Positions 45,264-55,648 of a DNA stretch of 64,000 bases are shown here, piece by piece (position 1 is the stretch's first letter; every line of letters starts with the position of its first letter). A model generated the notes under the pieces. The model did no database searches. It saw only the letters and a list, made by a program, of their open reading frames with translations, and was not told the DNA's origin. Where the stretch lies: NCBI GenBank assembly GCA_002363735.1, contig DEWP01000001.1, positions 31,359 to 95,358 of the forward strand. The letters run 5' to 3'. Source of the DNA: Bacillales bacterium UBA3207. Its GTDB lineage: Bacteria; Bacillota_I; Bacilli_A; RFN20; CAG-826. A program made the translations under genes and the position numbers.

Positions 45264-46261
45264 TAAATTTTTCCTATCATTTCAATAAAGACAATTAAAC
45301 CGCTAACAAGACCACTAGCAAAAATTAGTGAATCAAGACGGTCAAGAACACCACCGTGTCCTGGAAGAATGGTGGAGAAATCTTTCACGGAGAAACTTCT
45401 TTTAATGGATGAGAAGAAGAAGTCTCCAATATCACCAAAGAATGGGATTAATAACGAGATAATCAATAACCAATACCAATGGTTAAGATCAAGCTGAGGA
45501 AGAATTGGAAGGCCACATGCAGCCATCACCATCGCAAAGATAAATGTCACAGCAAATGAAATCACGATGCCACCAATCGCACCTTCCCAAGTTTTCTTTG
45601 GAGAGATTTCTGGAGCCATTTTGTGTTTGCCGAATAATAAACCAACAAAGAATGCGCCAATATCGTTAACACAAACTCCAACAATCACATAAAAGATTAA
45701 TCCTAATGATTGACCATAAACAAATCCGTTTTCTGTAATAATTTTTCCTGTTTCAGCAAATTTCACAAACGGAGTAAAACGTAAATAAAGTAATGATTGA
45801 ACACCTAAAGAAAGAACAACAATCATTGAGAAGAAATAGAAAACATATCGAATCGTGAATTCTCTACTAAAGAAACACATCACGAATAAGACAGCCGCAC
45901 TAGTTAATAAAAGCATTTCAGAAAGCTTTAATTCGGAGAAATTGACCGTGAAAAAGTTCGCAAAATCAATGTGCTCATGTGCTTTCACTGCATCTAGATA
46001 GTTTCTAAAAATGACGTAATAACACGTTGCGATTAGTAAGATAATTACAACAACGAATGTAATTTTTCGAATCGTTCCAGTTAAGTTTGTAATATGAACA
46101 CTTTCATAAGCAAAACAAATCGCAATTAAAACTGAAAGAGCAACAAAATAAATACTTCCAAAAATAATTGCTGGAACAAGAAGCGCGACCAAAACAATCG
46201 CCGTTAAAGTTCTAACTTTAATCGAATGTTTTTGTTCTTTAGTTAATTCATTCTTTGACAT
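45263..46261 (-). CDS. cdsA: phosphatidate cytidylyltransferase
   Basis: 332 aa, polytopic. Signature SSIKRSFSVKDFSTILPGHGGVLDRLDS. Confidence 0.9.
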   Translation of the reverse strand: MSKNELTKEQKHSIKVRTLTAIVLVALLVPAIIFGSIYFVALSVLIAICFAYESVHITNLTGTIRKITFVVVIILLIATCYYVIFRNYLDAVKAHEHIDFANFFTVNFSELKLSEMLLLTSAAVLFVMCFFSREFTIRYVFYFFSMIVVLSLGVQSLLYLRFTPFVKFAETGKIITENGFVYGQSLGLIFYVIVGVCVNDIGAFFVGLLFGKHKMAPEISPKKTWEGAIGGIVISFAVTFIFAMVMAACGLPILPQLDLNHWYWLLIISLLIPFFGDIGDFFFSSIKRSFSVKDFSTILPGHGGVLDRLDSLIFASGLVSGLIVFIEMIGKI

Positions 46262-46982
46262 GGTCTAAACCTCCGAAACGTCTGTTTCGATTGTTATATT
46301 CCCTTAAACAATCCACAAAAGCTTCTCTTTTAAAATCTGGCCAATGAACTTGTGTGAAAACAAATTCTGCATAAGCAAGTTGCCATGGAAGAAAGTTGCT
46401 TGTTCTTTCTTCTCCGGATGTTCTGACTAATAAGTCAACATTTGGTAAACCTTTTGTGTATAAATGATTTTCAAAAACTTGTTCATTAATATCTTCGACA
46501 TTTAACGTACCGTTTTTCACTTCTTCAGCAATCATTTTTGCAGCACGTGTGATTTCTTCTTTACCACCATAATTGAGGCAAATATTCATCACATAAGTGT
46601 CGTTGTCTTTTGTTAAATCGATTGATTTTAAACAGGTTTTTTGTGTTTTTAAAGGAAGACGAGAAATGTCACCTGAAATAATTACGCGAACCCCATCACG
46701 GATTAAATGATCAATTTCTTTTTTGAAAAATGTTTCTAGATATTTAAAAAGGTGATCGATTTCACTTTTTGGTCTTTTCCAGTTTTCTGTAGAAAACGCA
46801 TAGAAAGAAACAACTTTGATTCCATAATCTTTACAGTGATCAAAGACTTCAATAATACGATTGCAGGCTTCTTTATGCCCTAAAGTACGAGGTAATCCTC
46901 GCTGCTTAGCCCAACGTCCGTTTCCGTCCATGATGAAAGCGATATGTTGGATTGGTTTATTTAATTCGATTTCTCGTTTCAT
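46248..46982 (-). CDS. uppS: undecaprenyl (isoprenyl) diphosphate synthase
   Basis: 244 aa with HIAFIMDGNGRWA, FSTENWKRP, and RTSGEERTSNFLPWQ. Confidence 0.9.
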   Translation of the reverse strand: MKREIELNKPIQHIAFIMDGNGRWAKQRGLPRTLGHKEACNRIIEVFDHCKDYGIKVVSFYAFSTENWKRPKSEIDHLFKYLETFFKKEIDHLIRDGVRVIISGDISRLPLKTQKTCLKSIDLTKDNDTYVMNICLNYGGKEEITRAAKMIAEEVKNGTLNVEDINEQVFENHLYTKGLPNVDLLVRTSGEERTSNFLPWQLAYAEFVFTQVHWPDFKREAFVDCLREYNNRNRRFGGLDHVKE

Positions 46983-47040
46983 GCTTCATATTATATACGC
47001 ATACGAAGGCACAATAAATAAAGAATTGAAAAATTTCTAA

Positions 47041-47066
47041 AAGAAAAAGGAGGAATTACCCTCCTT
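47041..47066 (-). terminator. rho-independent terminator after frr
   Basis: The minus strand reads AAGGAGGgtaattCCTCCTTtttctt, immediately after the frr stop. Confidence 0.65.
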
Positions 47067-47067
47067 A

Positions 47068-47613
47068 TTAGATTGAGAGAATGTCTTTCTCTTTTTCAGC
47101 AAGAATCTGATCGATTTTTGCGATTGCTTCATCAACGACTTTTTGAATTTCTTCTTGAACTCGTTTCTGATAATCTTCCGTCATATCCTCGGCTTCTTTG
47201 ACAAAGTCAATATATTCACGACGGACGTTTCGAACTGCGACTTTTGAATTTTCAGCAGTTGCTTTTGCTTTCTTCACTAACTCTCGACGTGTGTCTTCAG
47301 TTAATGCTGGGAAAGTAAGACGAATGCAATCACCTTCGCTAACTGGGTTAACACCAAGATTAGCAGCAGCGATACCAGCAACAATTGCCTTAATGTCATT
47401 ACGATCATAAGGTTTAATCAATAATTGACGTGGTTCTGGAACAGTAATTGAAGAGATTTGGTTCACCGCAATTTTATCTCCATAATAATCGCATTGAACT
47501 CGATCTAAGATTGCTGGTGTCGCTCGACCTGTACGAATCATAACTAATTCTCCACGTAAAGCTTCAACAGTTTTTTCTAATCTGCTTTGACATTCTAATG
47601 TAATATCATCCAT
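47068..47613 (-). CDS. frr: ribosome recycling factor
   Basis: Start at ATG 47613 (MDDITLECQSRLEKTVEAL), 7 nt after GAGAGGA. 181 aa. The longer ORF-track start would overlap pyrH. Confidence 0.9.
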   Translation of the reverse strand: MDDITLECQSRLEKTVEALRGELVMIRTGRATPAILDRVQCDYYGDKIAVNQISSITVPEPRQLLIKPYDRNDIKAIVAGIAAANLGVNPVSEGDCIRLTFPALTEDTRRELVKKAKATAENSKVAVRNVRREYIDFVKEAEDMTEDYQKRVQEEIQKVVDEAIAKIDQILAEKEKDILSI

Positions 47614-47617
47614 CTTT

Positions 47618-48331
47618 TTATCCTCTCTTAATTGTTGTTCCGACATCCTCTTTACGCACAACTTTTAGAAAATTATCGTAGTTTTGCATATTAAAAACGC
47701 GAACATCGATATCTTGATCCTTTAACATTTCAACTGCTGTTAAATCCATTACTTTAAGATTTTTGGCAATGATTTCTGAGCAGGTGATTTCTTTAAACAT
47801 ATAAGCATCTTTGTTATAGCGAGGATCATCACTATAAATACCGTCAACTCCATTCTTTGCAATTAAAATTGCATCACAACCGACTTCAATCGCTCTTAAA
47901 GTAGCGCATGTATCGGTTGTAAAGAATGGCTTTCCAGTACCTCCACCAAAGACCACAACAGTCTTTTCTTTAAGATACTTATCGGCGAGTTCTTTCGAGA
48001 AGGTTGGAGTAAACGATTCCATTGGAACTGCTGACAAAACAACCGCGTTTTGCTGGTTATTTTGTAAACAATTGGCTAATGCGAACGAATTAATAATCGT
48101 TCCAAGCATGCCCATTTTATCTCCAGTAACTCGTTCGATTCCACTCTTCTCAACAATCGAACCTCGACAAATATTTCCAGCGCCGATAACGACGCAAACT
48201 TCAGTACCAAGTTCAGCAATTTGTTTAATTACTTTGGAAATATTTAAAAGAGCCTCCGGGTCTAAAATGCCGTTACTCTTATCTCCAGCGAGAGCTTCGC
48301 CAGATAATTTGATGAGAATACGTTTGTACAC
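47618..48331 (-). CDS. pyrH: UMP kinase
   Basis: 237 aa with RILIKLSGEAL, VIGAGNICRG, and FGGGTGKPFFTTD. Confidence 0.9.
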   Translation of the reverse strand: MYKRILIKLSGEALAGDKSNGILDPEALLNISKVIKQIAELGTEVCVVIGAGNICRGSIVEKSGIERVTGDKMGMLGTIINSFALANCLQNNQQNAVVLSAVPMESFTPTFSKELADKYLKEKTVVVFGGGTGKPFFTTDTCATLRAIEVGCDAILIAKNGVDGIYSDDPRYNKDAYMFKEITCSEIIAKNLKVMDLTAVEMLKDQDIDVRVFNMQNYDNFLKVVRKEDVGTTIKRG

Positions 48332-48352
48332 CTTTTGGCTCTCCTTTTGGAA

Positions 48353-49219
48353 TTATTTAATTTCTTTCATGACTTCTTCAGCAAAGTTATCTTTACGTTT
48401 TTCGATACCTTCACCAACAGAATAACGAATGAATTTAACAATCTTAATTCCTTTTTCTTTAGCGACTTGAGCAACGCTCTTTTCGCCATCAAGTAAGTAT
48501 GCTTGACTACCTAAAACAGATTCAGCAAGAACTTTCTTCACTTTTCCGTTAGCAATACCTTCAAGCATTTGGGCTGGTTTTCCAGCCATCTTTGGATCTT
48601 CTTTCATATTCTCCAAAGCGATTTCTTTTTCATGAGCAATCACTTCAGCTGGAATATCTTCTTCAGCAATGTATTTTGGAGCGTTAGCGGCAATGTGCAT
48701 TGCAAGACCCTTAGCAAATTCAGCATCTTCTTTATCAAGAACAACTAAAGTTGCAATCTTTCCACCCATGTGGATGTATGAACCAAATCCTTCACTGTCT
48801 TTCTTTTCAACGATTTCAAAACGACGATAGTCAAGTTTTTCACCCATTGAAACAGTTGCGTCAGTGAATAATTCTTTTGTAGCTTCCTTAGCTTCTTCTA
48901 AGGTTTTGCAGCCTTTTTCGAGTGTAACTTTGGCAGATTCACTTACTAAAGTGTGGAATTTTTCACCTTTAGAAACGAAGTCTGTTTCACAGTTGACTTC
49001 AGAAATGATGGCTTTGTTGCCACAAACTTGAACTTCAGCTAAGCCTTCAGCAGCAATACGTGATGCTTTAGCTTGAGCTTTAGCAATACCTTTTTGACGT
49101 AACCAGTCGATGGCTTTTTCAACATCTTCACCACTTTCTTCAAGAGCGTGTTTACAATCCATCATACCGGCACCGGTACGTTCGCGAAGTTCTTTAATAA
49201 GTTCAATCATGCTGGCCAT
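48353..49219 (-). CDS. tsf: translation elongation factor Ts
   Basis: 288 aa with IKELRERTGAGMMDCKHALEE (UBA-like N-terminus) and EVNCETDFV. Confidence 0.9.
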   Translation of the reverse strand: MASMIELIKELRERTGAGMMDCKHALEESGEDVEKAIDWLRQKGIAKAQAKASRIAAEGLAEVQVCGNKAIISEVNCETDFVSKGEKFHTLVSESAKVTLEKGCKTLEEAKEATKELFTDATVSMGEKLDYRRFEIVEKKDSEGFGSYIHMGGKIATLVVLDKEDAEFAKGLAMHIAANAPKYIAEEDIPAEVIAHEKEIALENMKEDPKMAGKPAQMLEGIANGKVKKVLAESVLGSQAYLLDGEKSVAQVAKEKGIKIVKFIRYSVGEGIEKRKDNFAEEVMKEIK

Positions 49220-49221
49220 AA

Positions 49222-50295
49222 TTATTTACCTTCTGCTGGATTTTCTTCTGCTTTTGGAGCAGCTTTCTTGGCTGGAGCTTTTTTAGCTGGAGCCTTCTTT
49301 TCTTCAGCTGGTTTTGCTTCGGCTTTTGCTTCTGGAGCAGCAGCTTTAGCGGCTTCTTCACGTTGAGCTTTCTTCATGGCTTGGTATTTTTCCATACGTT
49401 CTTGCTTTTCTTGACGAGCTTTACGGATGGCAGCAATTCTTTCAGCGTTTTCTTTATCAGCTTGACGAACTGCATCTTTCATGGTGACTTCTTCAGCTTC
49501 ATCTTTTGTATAAGCGATGACAGTCATTCCACCTTTTGATTCAACAATCGCATCAGCGAGTAATCCAATGATTAATGAAACTGATTTTGTTGCATCATCG
49601 TTTGCTGGAATTGGGAAGTCTAAGACATCTGGGTCGCAGGTTGTATCTGCTAAACCAAAGACTGGAATACGTAATTTACGAGCTTCAGCAACTGCTGTGT
49701 GTTCAACGGCTGGATCACAGACGATGACAGCATTTGGAAGCTTACGCATTTCTTTAATACCTTCTAAGTTTTTAGAAAGTTTTTCTTTTTCCTTCTTAAG
49801 AAGAGCGACTTCTTTCTTTGGTAATTTTTCAAAACTACCATCAAGTTCCATAGCTTCTAATTCTTTTAAGCGACGAATACGTGATTGAATGGTTTTGAAG
49901 TTTGTTAATGTACCACCTAACCATCTGTTAGTAATGTAGAAGGAACCAGAACGTAATGCTTGTTCTTCAACAATGGCTTTGCATTGTGGTTTGATACCAA
50001 CGAATAATGCTTTACCGTTTTCATCAACGATACTTTTGAGTGCAAGATAGGCTTCTTCTGCTTTAACAAGTGATTTGTTTAAGTCAATAAGATAGATGCC
50101 ATTACGTGCACCATAAATGAATTTACCCATTTTTGGGTTCCATTTGCGGGTGTTGTGTCCATAGTGAACACCACCTTCGAGTAGTTTGCGCATGGTAATG
50201 ATCTTGGCATCTTTATCGTGCATGACCATTTCCATAACATTTTCTTCCTTTGCTGCTACTTCTTCAGCTTGGACAGTTTGTTTTTCTTCGTTCAT
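49222..50295 (-). CDS. rpsB: 30S ribosomal protein S2 with N- and C-terminal extensions
   Basis: Core LLEGGVHYGHNTRKWNPKM ... ITNRWLGGTLTNF. GGAGG lies 8 nt before ATG 50295. The C-terminus has about 100 extra residues ending in a Lys/Ala/Pro/Glu-rich tail. Confidence 0.9.
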   Translation of the reverse strand: MNEEKQTVQAEEVAAKEENVMEMVMHDKDAKIITMRKLLEGGVHYGHNTRKWNPKMGKFIYGARNGIYLIDLNKSLVKAEEAYLALKSIVDENGKALFVGIKPQCKAIVEEQALRSGSFYITNRWLGGTLTNFKTIQSRIRRLKELEAMELDGSFEKLPKKEVALLKKEKEKLSKNLEGIKEMRKLPNAVIVCDPAVEHTAVAEARKLRIPVFGLADTTCDPDVLDFPIPANDDATKSVSLIIGLLADAIVESKGGMTVIAYTKDEAEEVTMKDAVRQADKENAERIAAIRKARQEKQERMEKYQAMKKAQREEAAKAAAPEAKAEAKPAEEKKAPAKKAPAKKAAPKAEENPAEGK

Positions 50296-50415
50296 TTAAG
50301 AACCTCCATTTGTTTTAAGCCTCCATCATTTCGAACAACTTCCCCCTTTTGAAGAGACTTGGAAGTTGAATCCATGATGTGCGTATTTACTCTTTATGAA
50401 TAAAAGAGTGTGTCT

Positions 50416-50444
50416 ATTCTAACACTCCCTTAAACATTAGACAA
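50416..50444 (-). promoter_or_regulatory. sigma-70-type promoter for rpsB-tsf
   Basis: The minus strand reads TTGTCT, 17 nt spacer, TAGAAT. This gives a leader of about 115 nt containing hairpins ACTCTTT/AAAGAGT and CAACTTCC/GGAAGTTG. Confidence 0.45.
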
Positions 50445-50456
50445 ATAAATAATAAA

Positions 50457-51365
50457 TTATTTTTTGAAAGCTCTTGGATGATGAGCATTAAATTGATCAA
50501 CCATTTGCTCTTCGCTAACATGGGTGTAAATCTGAGTTGTGTTGAGTGATTCATGTCCAAGAAGTTCTTGAATGACTCTCAGGTCAGCCCCGCCTTCTAA
50601 TAAGTGGGTGGCAAACGAGTGTCGAAAGATGTGCGGATGAAGTCCATAATTCGTGCCACATTTTCTTTCAATTTCATCCAAAATATACTGCAATCCTCGA
50701 ACTGTTATCTTCTTTCCGTTGTTATTTAAAAAAACATATTCAACGTTATAATCAAGCTTATTCTTGCTAATTAATTGTGGTCGACATTCCTCTAAATATC
50801 TCTCTAAAGTGAGTTTTGAAGATTGAGAAAAAACAACCATTCTTTCCTTCTGGCCTTTGCCGAAAATACGGATTGTTCTTCGCTTTAAATCGATGTCTCT
50901 TAATTTAATTTCAATAAACTCACTAGCTCTGACTCCAGTCGCATATAGAATTTCAATCATGGCTTGATCTCTAAGCATTAATGGATCGTTACGTTCTTTA
51001 TTTCTTCTAAAAAGATCTTCAATTTGTTCAAGATAAAGAACACTAGGAAGACGTTTTTCTTGTTTTAATGATTCGATAAACAAAAATGGATTGTCTTTGA
51101 CAATATCTTTTTCTAATAAATAAGAATAATAATGTCTTAGTGCAGCGATTTTACGTTGACAGGAACGTTTGCTAACTCCGTTCATCATCAGTTCTGAAAG
51201 ATAGTTTCTAATTGCTCCAGCATCAACATCGGTAATATCAACTCCATGAGAAAAAATGATTTGATAAAATTGCTCAATATCTCTTCCATAAGCTTCGACA
51301 GTTTTTGGTGAATATCGATGCGAATATTTTAAGTCATCAAGAAAGTTTTCAATCTCACTTAACAT
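50457..51365 (-). CDS. xerC: tyrosine recombinase XerC/CodV type
   Basis: Start at ATG 51365 (MLSEIENF), after GGAAGGAAAG. C-terminal catalytic region HPHIFRHSFATHLLEGGADLRVIQELLGHESLNTTQIYTHV. Confidence 0.85.
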   Translation of the reverse strand: MLSEIENFLDDLKYSHRYSPKTVEAYGRDIEQFYQIIFSHGVDITDVDAGAIRNYLSELMMNGVSKRSCQRKIAALRHYYSYLLEKDIVKDNPFLFIESLKQEKRLPSVLYLEQIEDLFRRNKERNDPLMLRDQAMIEILYATGVRASEFIEIKLRDIDLKRRTIRIFGKGQKERMVVFSQSSKLTLERYLEECRPQLISKNKLDYNVEYVFLNNNGKKITVRGLQYILDEIERKCGTNYGLHPHIFRHSFATHLLEGGADLRVIQELLGHESLNTTQIYTHVSEEQMVDQFNAHHPRAFKK

Positions 51366-52641
51366 TGATGCTTTCCTTCCATTCATCTATTAGTTTTAAA
51401 GACTTATTTGCCAGCTCTTCTCGGCTCGTTTGATTTGCTCCATAAAAAATACCGAAATTTGCATTCATTGGTGAAAAATCTTTAGGATTTGCATGGATTA
51501 TATAGTTTTTTAAAGACCCAATCATTGTATTCAAAGGCAGTTCTTTGAAGTGTTTATTTTCCAGTTTTTCAAAGGCATAAATTCCGGCAAGAATTCCCAT
51601 TGCAGCAGATTCGACATAGCCTTCAACTCCAATTAATTGTCCTGCTAAAAAGACATTAGAATTAGTCTTCATAGAAAGATTATTTTCTAAGATTAATGGA
51701 GAACAAATATAGATGTTTTTATGCATTAAACCATAACGAACAAATTCTGCATTTTCTAATCCAGGTATCATTCGAAATACACGTTTTTGTTCTGGATAGG
51801 TTAAGTTGGTTTGGAATCCAACAATGTTATATAAATCTCCAAACATATTATCTTGTCTTAGTTGAACAACAGCATAAGCCTTAGGACGATCCATCATTTG
51901 GAGTCCTTTTGGTTTCATTGGTCCAAAACGTAGTGTTTCTGGACCTCTTTTTGCCATCACTTCGATTGGCATGCACCCTTCAAAATAGTTTTTATCGAAA
52001 TCATGAAGCATTGCTAATTCAGCATGCGTTAATTCGTAATAGAATTTTTCATATTCTTCTTTTGAAAAAGGGCAATTGATATAAGAGTCATCACCTTGGT
52101 CATAACGCGCTTTTCGATAAGCGATATTCATATTGATAGAATCTTTTTTTACAATTGGTGCACTAGCGTCAAAAAAGAATAAAGAATCTTGACCAATTTG
52201 TTTTGATAAATATGCAGCTAAATCATCACTGGTTAATGGACCTGTAGCAATAATTGTGACTCCATCTTTAGGCTCTTTAACATCTTCATGATGAAGGTGA
52301 AAATTTGAAAAAGAGCAGAGAATTGACGTAATTTTCTTCGCAAATTGTTCACGATCTACGCTTAATGCATTGCCGCTTGGAACTTCGGTTAAACGTGCTG
52401 CTTCCATCATAATTGAACCAAGATGAGACATCTCTTCTTTAAGCAATCCGCAAGCATTATCAAGTCGTTTAGATTTAAGTGAATTTGAACAAACTAATTC
52501 GCCGAGTAAACCAGTATGATGAGCAGGAGTCATTTTTAGTGGACGCTTTTCATATAAGTGCACTTCATAACCTTGTTTTAATAAAAAGTAACAGGCTTCG
52601 CTTCCTGCTAATCCACCACCAATAACATTAACTTTCTTCAT
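51355..52641 (-). CDS. trmFO: methylenetetrahydrofolate--tRNA-(uracil-5-)-methyltransferase TrmFO (Gid)
   Basis: Start at ATG 52641 (MKKVNVIGGGLAGSEA, FAD motif). 428 aa. No SD; the start codon sits 6 nt after TATAAT. Confidence 0.9.
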   Translation of the reverse strand: MKKVNVIGGGLAGSEACYFLLKQGYEVHLYEKRPLKMTPAHHTGLLGELVCSNSLKSKRLDNACGLLKEEMSHLGSIMMEAARLTEVPSGNALSVDREQFAKKITSILCSFSNFHLHHEDVKEPKDGVTIIATGPLTSDDLAAYLSKQIGQDSLFFFDASAPIVKKDSINMNIAYRKARYDQGDDSYINCPFSKEEYEKFYYELTHAELAMLHDFDKNYFEGCMPIEVMAKRGPETLRFGPMKPKGLQMMDRPKAYAVVQLRQDNMFGDLYNIVGFQTNLTYPEQKRVFRMIPGLENAEFVRYGLMHKNIYICSPLILENNLSMKTNSNVFLAGQLIGVEGYVESAAMGILAGIYAFEKLENKHFKELPLNTMIGSLKNYIIHANPKDFSPMNANFGIFYGANQTSREELANKSLKLIDEWKESINVK

Positions 52642-52671
52642 GCGCCTATTATATAACAAAAAAGGCAAGTT

Positions 52672-54759
52672 TTAACTCGCCTTTTTCGGATATTCAATGT
52701 GATGACATCTTGGGTAATTAGAACATCCGATGATTTCTCGTCCACGTGAGATACGTTTCACAAGATCTCCACCGCATTCTGGACATTTACCAACAACCTC
52801 AAGTGGTTTCTTATCATTTTTAATATAATCGCAGTGCGGATAGTTTGAACAAGCAATAAATTTTTTGCCTTTTTTACTTCTTCTATAAACAAGTGGTTTT
52901 CCGCATTTTGGACATAAATCACCGGTATATTCAGCATGATTTTCATTTTCACAGTAATCACATTCTGGGAAATTTGAACAACCAATGAAGTCTCCAAATT
53001 TACCTTTTTTCATCACAAGTTCACTGCCACATTTTGGACATTTTCTTCCGACAGGAATGTCTTCGTCTTTATACATTTTTTTACTGGCTTCATCAGCAAT
53101 TTTAATAAATTCAGAATAGAAATTATTGAGAACCGTACTTCGAGAAATTTCACCATCCTGAATCTTATCAAGATATTCTTCCATTCTCGCAGTGTATTTA
53201 ACATCGATCAAACTTGGGAAGTATTTGTTCAAAACAATTGAGGTCTTCTTGCCTTGTTCAGTTGTTTCAAATTGTCCTTGTTTAGATTCGATATATTTTC
53301 TTTTTAACAATGTATCAATTGTTGAAGCATATGTTGATGGACGTCCAATTCCTTTTTCTTCCATTAATTTAACAACTTTTGCTTCATTTAATTTAGCTGG
53401 TGGTTGAGTGAATTTTTGTTCATTGACAATGTTTTTAATTTCAAAAGTTTCACCTTCATCAAATTTTGGTGCAACTTTTTCTTCTTGTTTCTCAGCAGAA
53501 TAAATCTTTGTGTAACCATCAAAGATGGTTGATGAATATTCTGATCTAAATTCAACTCCGTTTGATTCAAAAACAACTTTCTCAACACTTTCTTTTTTCG
53601 CCACCATTAGTGAAGCGAGTGTTCTTTCATAAATTAATTTATAAAGTTTATATAAGTCGTTTGCTTTGGCTTTTCCACTAGCAAATAAAGCACCTTTAAT
53701 TGATTCAGGAGTACGATGATTTGAAGTTGGTCGAATCGCTTCGTGAGCATTTTGGGCTTGAGCTAATTTAACAATTTTTCGTTTACCAACATATTCTTCA
53801 CCATAAGTTTCTTTAATATAGTTTGTTGCACGTTCAACAAATGTATCAGAAAGATATGTTGAATCTGTACGAATATATGTAATTAAACCAACATGTTCAT
53901 CACCTAAATTAATGCCTTCATAAAGTTCTTGAGCAAGTTCAGAAGTTTTCTTGGTTGAGAAATGATAAACGTTGAACGCTTCTTGTTGTAAAGATGAGGT
54001 CGTGAAAGCTGGTTTAGACTCAACTGATTTCACACTTTTCTTCACTGATTGAACTTTAATTTCTTTACCTAATTGAGCAAGAATTTTATCATTTGTTTCT
54101 TTATTCGGAATCTCTTTAATTTCACCAAATTTATTAAATTCAGCCGAGAATTTACGGTTATTTTTGGAAAATTCAACAACAAGTCTCCAATATTCTTCTG
54201 GAACAAATTCTTCAATTTCTTTGTCGTGATCAGTAATCATTTTCAATGTTGCTGATTGTACTCGACCTGCCGATTTAGATTTAATCTTTTTCTGCACAAG
54301 ACCGGAGAGTTTGAATCCCATAATACGGTCAATAATTCTTCGTGTTTCTTGTGAGTTAACAAGGTTCATATCAATCGTGCGCGGATGTTGAATTGCTTCA
54401 CTAATCGATGCACGTGTGATTTCATGGAACTCTAATCGCTTGGTTGTATTTATATCGAGACCTAAAACCATGGCTAAATGCCATGCAATAGCTTCTCCTT
54501 CACGATCAGGGTCGGTTGCAAGTAGAACTTCATCAGCTTGATGAGCAGCTTTTTTAAGTTCGTTTACTGTCGCGTATTTAGATTTAGTAATTACGTAAGA
54601 AGCCTTAAAATCGTTATTAATATCAACACCATAACCACCCTTTCCACTAGTGGAAAGATCACGAATATGCCCCTTGGAAGCAAGAACAACATATTCATCG
54701 CCTAAGTAGCGTTGAATGGTGTGACATTTGTTTGGTGATTCGACAATAACTAGCTTCAT
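52672..54759 (-). CDS. topA: DNA topoisomerase I
   Basis: Start at MKLVIVESPNK (Toprim). DPDREGE motif and active-site region ITYIRTDS. Three C-terminal Cys4 zinc ribbons (CPKCG...CSNFPEC etc.). Confidence 0.9.
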   Translation of the reverse strand: MKLVIVESPNKCHTIQRYLGDEYVVLASKGHIRDLSTSGKGGYGVDINNDFKASYVITKSKYATVNELKKAAHQADEVLLATDPDREGEAIAWHLAMVLGLDINTTKRLEFHEITRASISEAIQHPRTIDMNLVNSQETRRIIDRIMGFKLSGLVQKKIKSKSAGRVQSATLKMITDHDKEIEEFVPEEYWRLVVEFSKNNRKFSAEFNKFGEIKEIPNKETNDKILAQLGKEIKVQSVKKSVKSVESKPAFTTSSLQQEAFNVYHFSTKKTSELAQELYEGINLGDEHVGLITYIRTDSTYLSDTFVERATNYIKETYGEEYVGKRKIVKLAQAQNAHEAIRPTSNHRTPESIKGALFASGKAKANDLYKLYKLIYERTLASLMVAKKESVEKVVFESNGVEFRSEYSSTIFDGYTKIYSAEKQEEKVAPKFDEGETFEIKNIVNEQKFTQPPAKLNEAKVVKLMEEKGIGRPSTYASTIDTLLKRKYIESKQGQFETTEQGKKTSIVLNKYFPSLIDVKYTARMEEYLDKIQDGEISRSTVLNNFYSEFIKIADEASKKMYKDEDIPVGRKCPKCGSELVMKKGKFGDFIGCSNFPECDYCENENHAEYTGDLCPKCGKPLVYRRSKKGKKFIACSNYPHCDYIKNDKKPLEVVGKCPECGGDLVKRISRGREIIGCSNYPRCHHIEYPKKAS

Positions 54760-54844
54760 AGTGCCATAAAAATATATGTGTTTATATCTCATAAGTCAAA
54801 CCATTATTTCACTTAAAGAATTAAATATATTTCTTTAATATTTT

Positions 54845-55648
54845 TTATATGTGAAAAACACTTGTCTCGCGTTTGCCATCCATCACATCGTAAATGTCAT
54901 TTTCGTTTTCAATTAGGAAAGCTCCTTGTTGAATTAGATGGTTACATAAAGAGTTTCTTGTAGCTAAATGAGGTACACAGCACAAATCTTTTCCGGATTG
55001 TAATGTATAAGCCGCAGAAATTTGTGTGCCCGATCTTTTTAAGGCATCAGTAATCACAACTGCTTTTGATAATCCAACAATGATTCGATTTCGTTTAGGA
55101 AAGTTTTCTGGACTCGGAATTGTTTCACCTGGATATTCAGAAATAACTAAGCCTGTTTTCTTAATTATTTCATACAATTTCTTGTTTCTTTCTGGATAAC
55201 AAAAATCAATTCCTGATCCTAATACAGCGATTGTTTTTCCTAATTTATTTACGCACGCTGCGTGCGCGCATGAATCAATTCCTTTCGCTAAACCGGAGAC
55301 AATGTGATAACGTTTGCAAACTTTTGAGACGAGTTTAGCTGTCATCATATTTCCGTAATCTGTTGGTTTTCTAGAACCAATAAAAGCAATGTTTTTTTCT
55401 TCGTCTTTAATCAAGGAAATATCACCGTAATAATATAAAACCATTGGTGGTTTACATACCTTTTGACGAAGATATTCTGGATAATCTTCATCAAGTATCG
55501 TGATGCATGGAGCCTTGTTTTGCCGTAGTGTTTCTAAAATTATTTCTTCACTAGGAAGTTCTTCTCGACGCACTAAAGTAGAATAGATTTTGTCATAGTC
55601 TCCTTGATTAATTAAAGAGAGATAAATTAGTAAGTTTCTTTCTGTCAT
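54845..55648 (-). CDS. dprA: DNA processing protein DprA (Smf)
   Basis: 267 aa with IAFIGSRKPTDYG, SGLAKGIDSCAH, and GSGIDFCYPERN. Confidence 0.85.
   Translation of the reverse strand: MTERNLLIYLSLINQGDYDKIYSTLVRREELPSEEIILETLRQNKAPCITILDEDYPEYLRQKVCKPPMVLYYYGDISLIKDEEKNIAFIGSRKPTDYGNMMTAKLVSKVCKRYHIVSGLAKGIDSCAHAACVNKLGKTIAVLGSGIDFCYPERNKKLYEIIKKTGLVISEYPGETIPSPENFPKRNRIIVGLSKAVVITDALKRSGTQISAAYTLQSGKDLCCVPHLATRNSLCNHLIQQGAFLIENENDIYDVMDGKRETSVFHI

Noticed and set aside
49230-49380. Repetitive gctggagc/ttttgcttc DNA that could be mistaken for a tandem repeat or CRISPR-like array.
   Set aside because: It is the in-frame Lys/Ala/Pro/Glu-rich tail of rpsB (AKKAPAKKAPAKK...). The units are irregular with no spacer structure. 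No CRISPR repeats occur anywhere in the window.
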